Of a DNA stretch of 64,000 nucleotides, positions 28,623 through 36,519 are shown in pieces. The notes below the pieces were generated by a model that saw nothing but the letters and a program-made list of their open reading frames with translations, did not search any database and was not told the origin of the DNA. Numbering within the stretch: the stretch's first letter is position 1; the number at the start of each line of letters is the position of its first letter. The DNA is from an uncultured Bacteroidales bacterium (GTDB taxonomy: Bacteria > Bacteroidota > Bacteroidia > Bacteroidales > BM520), in contig CAYYSU010000005.1 in NCBI GenBank assembly GCA_964474455.1, positions 13,390-77,389 on the forward strand, in the 5' to 3' direction. Both the position numbers and the translations under genes were made by a program.

Positions 28623-29354
28623 ATGATAAAGAAGCAGTTTTATACAACTATTTTTGTGGCACTTATGAGTGTGTGCAATGTTGTGCTGGGGCAATCAACA
28701 AATCGTGAAAATATTGATGATGATGATCTGGTTCAGTTCTCCGGTGTGATTGTTACTGCCGACAGCCTGAACCCAATTCCTTTTACCACTATAATAATTA
28801 CCAATACAGGTCGGGGCACCATCGCCGATTTCTATGGATTCTTCTCCTTTGTAGCTGTGAAAAATGATACCGTGAGGTTCTCTGCCGTCGGATTTAAAGA
28901 GGTTGATTTTGTTATTCCTGATACCATTACAGAAAATCGGTACTCTTTAATACAAGTTATGTCGTCGGATACAATATTATTACAGGAGACCGTTATATAT
29001 CCATGGCCTTCCAAAGAGCAGTTTCGTGAGGCTTTTGTCAACCTCGATATTCCCGATGATGACTATGAAATCGCACGGAAAAATCTTGAACAGGCCGAGC
29101 TTCTGGTGCGGGCTGATAAATATCAAATGGACGGTAGTATGAACTACAGAAATTATATTGATCAGAAAACCAGTAAATTGTATTATGCAGGGCAGGTTCA
29201 ACCCATTAGTCTTCTTAACCCTTTTGCCTGGGCTCAGTTTGTGAGAGCATGGAAAAACGGTGACTTTAAAAGAAAATCGGATAAATACGACGATATGAAA
29301 AAGACGGATAAATGGGAAGAGTGGGAACAACCCGACGAATGGATGGAAAAATAA
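28623..29354 (+). CDS. CarboxypepD_reg-like domain protein with acidic Trp/Glu-rich tail
   Basis: Signal peptide, then FSGVIVTADSLNPIPFTTIIITNTGRGTIADFYGFFSF...DTVRFSAVGFKE (carboxypeptidase-regulatory-like beta-sandwich). C-terminus is KTDKWEEWEQPDEWMEK. Confidence 0.6.
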   Translation: MIKKQFYTTIFVALMSVCNVVLGQSTNRENIDDDDLVQFSGVIVTADSLNPIPFTTIIITNTGRGTIADFYGFFSFVAVKNDTVRFSAVGFKEVDFVIPDTITENRYSLIQVMSSDTILLQETVIYPWPSKEQFREAFVNLDIPDDDYEIARKNLEQAELLVRADKYQMDGSMNYRNYIDQKTSKLYYAGQVQPISLLNPFAWAQFVRAWKNGDFKRKSDKYDDMKKTDKWEEWEQPDEWMEK

Positions 29355-29357
29355 CTC

Positions 29358-31832
29358 ATGAAGCAGGCTTTATCACTCTTTTTACTTCTTACCACTCTTT
29401 TGTCGTACGCACAGAAAGCTACCATTTATGGTGAGGTAAAAGATGCCAATGGAGCACCATTGGAACTCGTTAATGTATCAGTAATAGGGCAACCCGAAGG
29501 TTCGTCCACCAACGAAAAAGGAAAATTCCAATTTCAGGTGCCGGCAAATCAAACCATAAATATTGTAGCCTCTTTTATTGGTTTCGCTCAATCACAATTT
29601 ACCGTGAAGCTCTCTCCCGGAGAAGAAAAGAGACTCGATTTTACCCTCTACCCTGAAATGCAAACCCTGCCCAATGTTGTAATTGAAGATAAACAGATAC
29701 GACACTCTACTCTGGAACGTATCAGCCCTAAAAATGTAAAGGTTATCCCCAGCGTTACTGGATCGGTAGAGTCTATGGTTAAAACTATGCCCGGTGTCTC
29801 TTCCAATAACGAACTCAGCTCTCAGTACTCCGTTCGCGGTGGTAATTTTGATGAGAACCTGGTGTATGTTAATGATATTGAGATTTATCGACCTTTTCTT
29901 GTGAGCTCAGGCCAACAGGAAGGCCTCTCTTTTCTTAACCCATCTTTGGTGTCATTAATAAGTTTCTCGGCGGGAGGATTTGATGCTAAATATGGCGATA
30001 AAATGTCCTCAGTACTGGATATAACGTATAAAAGACCAACAGAATTTGCCGCATCTCTAGATATGAGCCTTATGGGTGGATCGGCACATGTGGAAGGCGT
30101 TTCAAAAGATAAACGATTCTCATACCTTCTTGGAGTAAGACAGAAATCAAATCAATATATTCTGAAAGGCTTAGACACAAAAGGTGATTATAAACCTGTA
30201 TTTACAGATGTACAGGGTGTTCTCTCTTATCAGGTCTCTAACCAATGGAACCTCTCTGTTCTGGGAAACTACTCGCGAAATAAGTATCGCTTTGTACCTA
30301 CTGTCAGGGAAACGGATTACGGAAATATTACCGAAGCATATCGACTCACAATCTATTACGAGGGCCAGGAAGTTGATTCATATATTAACGGCATGGGAGC
30401 CTTAACAGCTACTTACCAGCCTCATGAAGATCTGAAACTTAAATTTATCGCCTCGGCATACAACTCTGTGGAGAGCGAAACATACGACCTCAAAGGACAA
30501 TACTGGATAGGCCTTCTGGATAATGACCTGGGAGCTTCTGATGACGAGTTTGATGAAGTGGTACAAACTATCGGGGTGGGAACGTTCCTGGAGCATGCCA
30601 GAAATTATCTCTCTATTACGGTAATGTCGTTTCAACATCGTGGAACTGCAATCCTGGATAAACATGCTGTTTCATGGGGAACTAATTTTCAACATGAATA
30701 TATCGATGATTATCTCAGTGAATGGGATCTGATAGATTCAACAGGATATACGCTGCCACGCCCTGCCGACTCCATAGGATACACCAATCCTCACCTTCAA
30801 CCATATAATCCCTTGGAAATGGATGTGAGCGTTAAAGGTCATAACACCATTAACTCTAATCGTTTTACTGCCTTTGTCCAGGATAGCTGGGAGATCTATT
30901 CCCGGGGTAATTCTCACATGGCTATTACATATGGCGTGAGAGCACATTATTGGGACTTTAATAAGGAATTCCTTCTTAGCCCCAGAGCCACACTGTCATA
31001 TAAGCCTGATTGGGAAAAGGATATCGTCCTCCGCTTATCTTCAGGGTTATACTACCAACCACCCTTCTATCGTGAAATGCGTGATATGTATGGCAGTATT
31101 AACCCAAATATAGAAGCACAACGCTCTATACACTTTGTGGCAGGCTCCGACTGGAACTTCCTTGCTTGGAACAGACCATTTAAGTTTATTACAGAAGTCT
31201 ATTATAAGAAACTTGATAACCTTATACCTTATAAGGTTGATAATGTAAGAATTCGATATTATGCTGATAATATTGCACATGGCTACAGTACGGGAATCGA
31301 TTTTAAGGTCATGGGTGAGTTTGTTAAAGGTGTTGATTCCTGGATGACTCTCTCGTTGATGAAAACAGCTGAAGATATTGAAGGAGACTTCTATATTGAT
31401 GATGATGGTAAACGTGTTGAACCGGGTTATATACCACGACCCACAGACCAGCGTGTCAACGTAAGTATCTTTTTCCAGGACTATATTCCTAAACATCCAA
31501 CCTGGAAGATGCAGCTTAACCTGCTTTTTGGTACAGGCCTGCCATTTGGCCCTTCCAAATCGGAACGTTATCAGGATGTCCTGAGAATGTCACCATACCG
31601 CCGGGTGGATATTGGATTCTCAAAGATGGTTAAGGGTACTAATACCATTATGAAAAATGGATTCCTGAATGCCTTCGATGAAATATGGGTTACCGCAGAG
31701 GTGCTGAACCTGCTGCAAGTCAGCAATACTATCAGTTATCTCTGGGTAAGTGATGTTAGTGGTCGTCAGTGGGCTGTGCCAAACTATCTTACTCCGATAA
31801 CACCTAATATTAAGCTGATAATGAGTTTTTAA
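29358..31832 (+). CDS. TonB-dependent receptor-like outer membrane protein (CarboxypepD_reg + plug + barrel)
   Basis: Signal peptide (SYAQKA). N-terminal IYGEVKDANGAPLELVNVSV...FIGF. Plug-like segment VESMVKTMPGVSS...YSVRGGNFDENLVYVNDIEIYRP. C-terminal residue Phe. Starts 3 nt after the preceding gene. Confidence 0.75.
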   Translation: MKQALSLFLLLTTLLSYAQKATIYGEVKDANGAPLELVNVSVIGQPEGSSTNEKGKFQFQVPANQTINIVASFIGFAQSQFTVKLSPGEEKRLDFTLYPEMQTLPNVVIEDKQIRHSTLERISPKNVKVIPSVTGSVESMVKTMPGVSSNNELSSQYSVRGGNFDENLVYVNDIEIYRPFLVSSGQQEGLSFLNPSLVSLISFSAGGFDAKYGDKMSSVLDITYKRPTEFAASLDMSLMGGSAHVEGVSKDKRFSYLLGVRQKSNQYILKGLDTKGDYKPVFTDVQGVLSYQVSNQWNLSVLGNYSRNKYRFVPTVRETDYGNITEAYRLTIYYEGQEVDSYINGMGALTATYQPHEDLKLKFIASAYNSVESETYDLKGQYWIGLLDNDLGASDDEFDEVVQTIGVGTFLEHARNYLSITVMSFQHRGTAILDKHAVSWGTNFQHEYIDDYLSEWDLIDSTGYTLPRPADSIGYTNPHLQPYNPLEMDVSVKGHNTINSNRFTAFVQDSWEIYSRGNSHMAITYGVRAHYWDFNKEFLLSPRATLSYKPDWEKDIVLRLSSGLYYQPPFYREMRDMYGSINPNIEAQRSIHFVAGSDWNFLAWNRPFKFITEVYYKKLDNLIPYKVDNVRIRYYADNIAHGYSTGIDFKVMGEFVKGVDSWMTLSLMKTAEDIEGDFYIDDDGKRVEPGYIPRPTDQRVNVSIFFQDYIPKHPTWKMQLNLLFGTGLPFGPSKSERYQDVLRMSPYRRVDIGFSKMVKGTNTIMKNGFLNAFDEIWVTAEVLNLLQVSNTISYLWVSDVSGRQWAVPNYLTPITPNIKLIMSF

Positions 31833-32293
31833 TACCCCAGTGCTCTGCCTTCCATCTTTGTCATATGGATACGGAAAACCTTCACATTATGCAGCGCCGG
31901 GGCATTAAAGGTGAAGTCGTCCTTGCCGTGTGCATATTTTTTCATAAAGAGATTAAGACATCGTGCCTTTTCATCTAAATCTGTTATGTAGTCAACCTCT
32001 CCATACACAATAACACTCTTGTATCTCATGCTCCAGCTACACGCCACCTCCTTATGTACATAGGCGATATCATAACCTGTACTGAATGAAATACATACCT
32101 TGTTGTTTTTATCAAGAAACTCGGATTTTTTGCCGCTATGATCGCTGTGTATGTAGAGATAATCTCCATCCAAAGCAAAATTCATTGTCACTAAATATGG
32201 CTCATTATCATTTGCCATGGCCACATTGCACACTTCACAATCATCAATAATCTTAATAAGATCTTCTCTCCTGTATATTTTTCTATGTCCCAT
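31829..32293 (-). CDS. Pyridoxamine 5'-phosphate oxidase-like (FMN-binding split barrel, Pyridox_ox_2/NimA-like) protein
   Basis: 154 aa with a layout typical of PNPOx-like split-barrel proteins: LIKIIDDCEVCNVAMANDNEPYLVTMNF...LYIHS...KSVIVYGEVDYI. Its ATG lies 1 nt after the stop of the upstream paralog-B gene. Confidence 0.65.
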   Translation of the reverse strand: MGHRKIYRREDLIKIIDDCEVCNVAMANDNEPYLVTMNFALDGDYLYIHSDHSGKKSEFLDKNNKVCISFSTGYDIAYVHKEVACSWSMRYKSVIVYGEVDYITDLDEKARCLNLFMKKYAHGKDDFTFNAPALHNVKVFRIHMTKMEGRALGY

Positions 32294-32294
32294 A

Positions 32295-35270
32295 TTAATC
32301 TTTTTTCTCTTTTAATATTACTCCTAAGTTTTTTTTCCCATCAATCATTACCACAACCGGATTTTCAAACCTAATATGGCGCAGGAACTTATTCTCATAC
32401 ACTCCCGGAACACTATTCAAATAATCAAGGTCATAACTGCCATCATTAATAAATGGGTTGATGGTAAAATATCCTACTCTGAAGGATGTTAAATTCTGGA
32501 AAAAGTGTGTTCCCTGGCTGGGGTCAATACGGTACTCTTTGAGTCCTGATTCAACGATGACTCTGGCTGCACTTATCTGAGGCCATTTAACAGGGATTCC
32601 AAGCCATGGGTCGCTACTTCCCCAACGCCCCGGTCCGATGAGAATGTAATTATTGCCGTCGCGCAGAAACGTCTCGTTAATTTTATTAACCTCTTCCGCA
32701 ATTTCAGCGTTTTTTGATGGATCGAAAGATTCAGGTTTTACGTATATAATATCATGAAGGTTGTTTATAATACCATTTCCTAGTGCCGATTCGCATGTTA
32801 TAATAGCATCTTTAGGATCTGTTTCAGTGATATCTTCATTAAGTGTCTCTTTGTTATCTACAATAGGGCGGATCTGAAGAAGGTTGAAGATTATCTTATT
32901 ATTTACATCTGGGGTTATCTCTGCGGCAAACTCTATTTCTATGGGCTTATTCATCTCCCTCTGACCAATCTCAAGAGAGGTTTTTATTATATCTGCCAGA
33001 GGGAAAAGGTTGTGAGTAAGGATATTTGAGAATGTTACTAATAACTTGCCATCGTTGTGCTTGCCGGAACGCAGCATGTGACTGTGATAGTCGTATGTGG
33101 AGACGATATGATTCAGGGATTTGTTATCCTCAGCTTCTTTTATTTTTAGATGAGAAATATTCACGCCATCATCTGTTGAAGTGATGAATTTTTTAGGATC
33201 CATCTCCAGGGCTGCAAACTGTCTCTGTGTCCCTCTTAATGCCAGATCCGGTGTAGAGACCTGCAATATTTTTTTTGGATATGCAGGAGAGAAGCGTATT
33301 GTTTGTCCGCCATCTACAATGTACTTTCCCAGTCCAAAAGCTATGTTGGCAATACCATCTTCCGGTTTTTCCGGTTCTATGGGGTAGAAATTAATGGATC
33401 GTGCCACTCCTGATAGTGAAGGATAGAAGTGCTCTCCGTATCTCTTTCCACATACCTCCTGCAGAACAATTGCCATCTTCTCTTCATCAATCACATTGGA
33501 GGTAGCCATCATATACGCTTTACTGGCTTTGAAGAATGCAGAAGCATAAACACTCTTAATGGCGTTACTGATATGTTCTATCATAAGCCTTTCATCCTCA
33601 ATACATGGAACCATATAGGTGTTGTAAATTCCGGCAAAAGGCTGGTAATGCGAATCTTCCAGAAGTGAAGAGCTACGTATTGCTACAGGTTTATTTATTA
33701 CGCTGATAAAGGAATATAGATCTTCATGAATGCGAAATGGCAAACGAGCCCTGATAAAGCTATTGAGGATTTCTATATCGCTGCTCTCTGACAGTGCTAT
33801 TGAATATAGATCATTCTCTTCCATAAATTGGTCAAAAATATCAGTACACAGTACAACGGTACGCGGAATGGTGACAGTGACACCTTCAAAGGATTGAAAA
33901 ACAGTATTTCTTTTAATAAAAGTATCAAGGAATGCTAAACCACGTGCTTTACCTCCAATACTTCCTTCCCCAATTCTGGAAAAGGTGAGATATTCGTCGA
34001 AATGATCGCTGCTAAATTGTGCAATCACACCTTTTGCTCTGTTGTACCTGTATGCCGCAATGGCATCGAACATAAACTTGCGCACCTCGTCGAGGTTTTC
34101 AAAATCTTCCGGTACAAGATCCTTGTAAAGTGTAGCTATGGGAAACAAAGCTCTGGCATTAAGCCATTTAGAGAAGTGGTTTCTGGTGATGTGGTACTGT
34201 AGTACCTCATCAGGAATTGTAAATAGTTTCTGCTGTAGTGTTTTGAGGTTTGCTGCTCTGGCGATAGGTTTTTGTGTCTGCGAATCCATGAAAACAAAAT
34301 CTCCAAAGGCAAAATATTTATTCATAAAGTTACGCAAATCAATAGAGAGGGTCTTGCTGTTTTTATTGAGAAAACCTGCCTTTAAATGTTTTGCTATGGC
34401 TTCATTTTTCACCTCTGACGATTGCATAAGAATGGGCATGTATTTGTCGTCAGATTTTACTTTCTCCACCAGTTTAATACCGGCTTCACTATCCAGCTCA
34501 CCAAAGCGTTTATATCGTACATCCGTGATTATACCCAGCATATTATGTTTATAGCGCTCGTAATACTCAATGGCATCGTCATAATTGGTAGCAAGAATAA
34601 TCTTGGGTCGTCCTCTCATCCTGATCATCCTCTGGTGCTCATTTAGTCCCTCTGTCATAAAAGCCAGCGACTGTTTAAAGATGATTTTGTACATATTCGG
34701 GAGATACGCGGAGTAGAAACGAACGGAGTCTTCCACCAACAAAATAGTCTGAACACCGATTTCATTTACATCATGCTCCAGGTTCATCTTGTCCTCTATA
34801 AGCTTAATAATAGCAAGTAAAAGATCCGAATTACCCAACCAGGAGAAAACATAGTCGATAAGGCTTAAATCCTTTTGATTGACCTTCATAAGCACTTCCC
34901 TGCTAAAAGGAGTGAGCACCACCATTGGTTTTTCAGGATACTTGCGCTTGATTTTTTCTGCCATAGCAAAGTTATCCTTCTCTCCGGCACTATACATGGT
35001 GATGATAAGGTCTATCTGTTGTTCGGCAAGTATTTTAAATGATTTTGTTTCAGATGACGTTTGAATAAACTGAGGTGGATAACGCAGGTTAAGAGCGACA
35101 TATTCGTTGAAGATTTGTTCGTCGATTCTGCCATCACCTTCAAGCATAAATGCATCATACTTACTGGCAATAAGCAACACATGATATATGCGTTTGCGCA
35201 TTAATGAGTGGAATGCAGTATCAGTAAAATCCACCTTAATATTATTAATGGTATTATGAATTAAACTCAT
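32295..35270 (-). CDS. Pseudo-REC + REC + PEP/pyruvate-binding (PPDK_N-type ATP-grasp) multidomain protein, paralog B
   Basis: Same architecture as 12717..15752. Receiver: LLVEDS, acceptor Asp in IITDVRY, Ser in LMQSS, Lys in FLNKNS. ATP-grasp: GGKARGLAFL, AIRSSSLLEDS..QPFAGIY, EKMAIVLQEV. C-terminal block: ILIGPGRWGSSD...GTHFFQNLT. The ATG at 35270 is preferred over the TTG at 35294. Confidence 0.8.
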   Translation of the reverse strand: MSLIHNTINNIKVDFTDTAFHSLMRKRIYHVLLIASKYDAFMLEGDGRIDEQIFNEYVALNLRYPPQFIQTSSETKSFKILAEQQIDLIITMYSAGEKDNFAMAEKIKRKYPEKPMVVLTPFSREVLMKVNQKDLSLIDYVFSWLGNSDLLLAIIKLIEDKMNLEHDVNEIGVQTILLVEDSVRFYSAYLPNMYKIIFKQSLAFMTEGLNEHQRMIRMRGRPKIILATNYDDAIEYYERYKHNMLGIITDVRYKRFGELDSEAGIKLVEKVKSDDKYMPILMQSSEVKNEAIAKHLKAGFLNKNSKTLSIDLRNFMNKYFAFGDFVFMDSQTQKPIARAANLKTLQQKLFTIPDEVLQYHITRNHFSKWLNARALFPIATLYKDLVPEDFENLDEVRKFMFDAIAAYRYNRAKGVIAQFSSDHFDEYLTFSRIGEGSIGGKARGLAFLDTFIKRNTVFQSFEGVTVTIPRTVVLCTDIFDQFMEENDLYSIALSESSDIEILNSFIRARLPFRIHEDLYSFISVINKPVAIRSSSLLEDSHYQPFAGIYNTYMVPCIEDERLMIEHISNAIKSVYASAFFKASKAYMMATSNVIDEEKMAIVLQEVCGKRYGEHFYPSLSGVARSINFYPIEPEKPEDGIANIAFGLGKYIVDGGQTIRFSPAYPKKILQVSTPDLALRGTQRQFAALEMDPKKFITSTDDGVNISHLKIKEAEDNKSLNHIVSTYDYHSHMLRSGKHNDGKLLVTFSNILTHNLFPLADIIKTSLEIGQREMNKPIEIEFAAEITPDVNNKIIFNLLQIRPIVDNKETLNEDITETDPKDAIITCESALGNGIINNLHDIIYVKPESFDPSKNAEIAEEVNKINETFLRDGNNYILIGPGRWGSSDPWLGIPVKWPQISAARVIVESGLKEYRIDPSQGTHFFQNLTSFRVGYFTINPFINDGSYDLDYLNSVPGVYENKFLRHIRFENPVVVMIDGKKNLGVILKEKKD

Positions 35271-35298
35271 AGTAAGCTGTTTTATGTGCTGCAATATA

Positions 35299-35326
35299 AT
35301 AAAAAAGCCACCTCGAAGGGTGGCTT
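35299..35326 (-). terminator. Rho-independent terminator after the ompH gene
   Basis: On the minus strand, AAGCCACC / GGTGGCTT stem with a short loop followed by T6-7. Lies between the ompH stop (35349) and the paralog-B start (35270). Confidence 0.7.
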
Positions 35327-35348
35327 ATAGTATATTTTATGGATACTT

Positions 35349-35864
35349 TTACAGTTCAAGTTTCTTTTTCACCATAGGCATAATGTCGTCTGCAGGCTCA
35401 GCATAAAGGAGTAATCCTTCGGTGCTGTTAAAGATATAAGTATAACCATTTTCTTTGGCTACAGCCTCAACAGCTTTTCTAGCTCTTTCGATCAGCGGAG
35501 AAGTCAGCTCAGCTTCTTTGTTGGCGAGTTTTTCCTGCGCACTGTACTGGAATGCTTCTATTCTACTTTGAAGATCAAGAATTTCTTTCTCTTTGGTTTC
35601 GCGGATAATGTCCGACATGGTAGCTGAATTCTGCTGGTAGTCCATCAGTTTGTTTTCATATTCACCCTGCATTGCTGCAAACTGGTTCTGAATACCTTTA
35701 GCATAGGATTCATAAACAACTTTTACTGTGTCTTGACCGGGAACCATAGAATAGAGCTCGGAAAAGTCTACATGACCAAATTTTGCTTTATTCTGTGCTT
35801 CTGCATTGAAGGAACCCACAAGAACAAGGGCTACAACAACAAAAATTTTTACAACGTTTCTCAT
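35349..35864 (-). CDS. OmpH/Skp-family periplasmic chaperone
   Basis: Signal peptide (NAEAQN), 170-aa coiled-coil-rich sequence, and position downstream of bamA as in other Bacteroidota. Confidence 0.8.
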   Translation of the reverse strand: MRNVVKIFVVVALVLVGSFNAEAQNKAKFGHVDFSELYSMVPGQDTVKVVYESYAKGIQNQFAAMQGEYENKLMDYQQNSATMSDIIRETKEKEILDLQSRIEAFQYSAQEKLANKEAELTSPLIERARKAVEAVAKENGYTYIFNSTEGLLLYAEPADDIMPMVKKKLEL

Positions 35865-35941
35865 TTCTTTGATTTGTTTATAAGTCGGACAAAATTAATT
35901 AAAATTTTGTTTAAATTACTATAGTTGTAATTCTTTAACAA

Positions 35942-36457
35942 TTAATAAGAGTAGCCCAATTCGTCGAGTATCTGATCGCTGATATCATAGCGGGCATTAA
36001 CATACATTATCGTTGTGCTGCCGGCTTTATCGAAGATCATACCATAGTTATTGGAAGTAGAGATCTCCTCAATTGCGTTATATATTTTTTCTTGAATTGG
36101 TTTTACCAGCTCCTGGCGTTTCTTGAAGAGTTCGCCTTCCTGTCCAAAATATTTTTTCTGGAGCTCTTTAGCATCTTTTTCCATCTGGATAATCTCCTCT
36201 TCTCTTTTACGCTTCATGTCTTCGGGGAGAAGAACTGCGTCGGCCTGGTACTTTTTGTATGCGGCGTCAATATCGGCGAATTTTTTTTCAATCTCTTTTT
36301 GCCACTGTGCAGCAAGATCGTCAACTTCTGCCTGCGCGTCATTGTAGTCCGGAATATTTTTCAGAATGTAATCGGTGTCTACATACGCAAATTTCTGAGC
36401 GTTTGTTATGCCTATGGTTCCTATAACCAAGGCAATCATAAGGATGATTTTTTTCAT
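35942..36457 (-). CDS. OmpH/Skp-family periplasmic chaperone (second copy)
   Basis: Signal peptide MKKIILMIALVIGTIGITNAQ, then FAYVDTDYILKNIP and a long Lys/Glu coiled-coil. Start set at the ATG at 36457. Confidence 0.8.
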   Translation of the reverse strand: MKKIILMIALVIGTIGITNAQKFAYVDTDYILKNIPDYNDAQAEVDDLAAQWQKEIEKKFADIDAAYKKYQADAVLLPEDMKRKREEEIIQMEKDAKELQKKYFGQEGELFKKRQELVKPIQEKIYNAIEEISTSNNYGMIFDKAGSTTIMYVNARYDISDQILDELGYSY

Positions 36458-36519
36458 ATTTTTTCCTCCATTGTTTTTGTTCACGAAGCAGGAGATTCCA
36501 AATTTCATACCAAAGTGTT

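Noticed and set aside
35271-35294. TTG-initiated extensions of the two PPDK_N-like paralogs (also 15753..15797)
   Set aside because: In-frame ATGs lie 8 and 15 codons downstream. The extension of paralog B begins 5 nt downstream of the ompH terminator, which leaves no untranslated leader. This cannot be settled without N-terminal data, so the ATG starts are reported.
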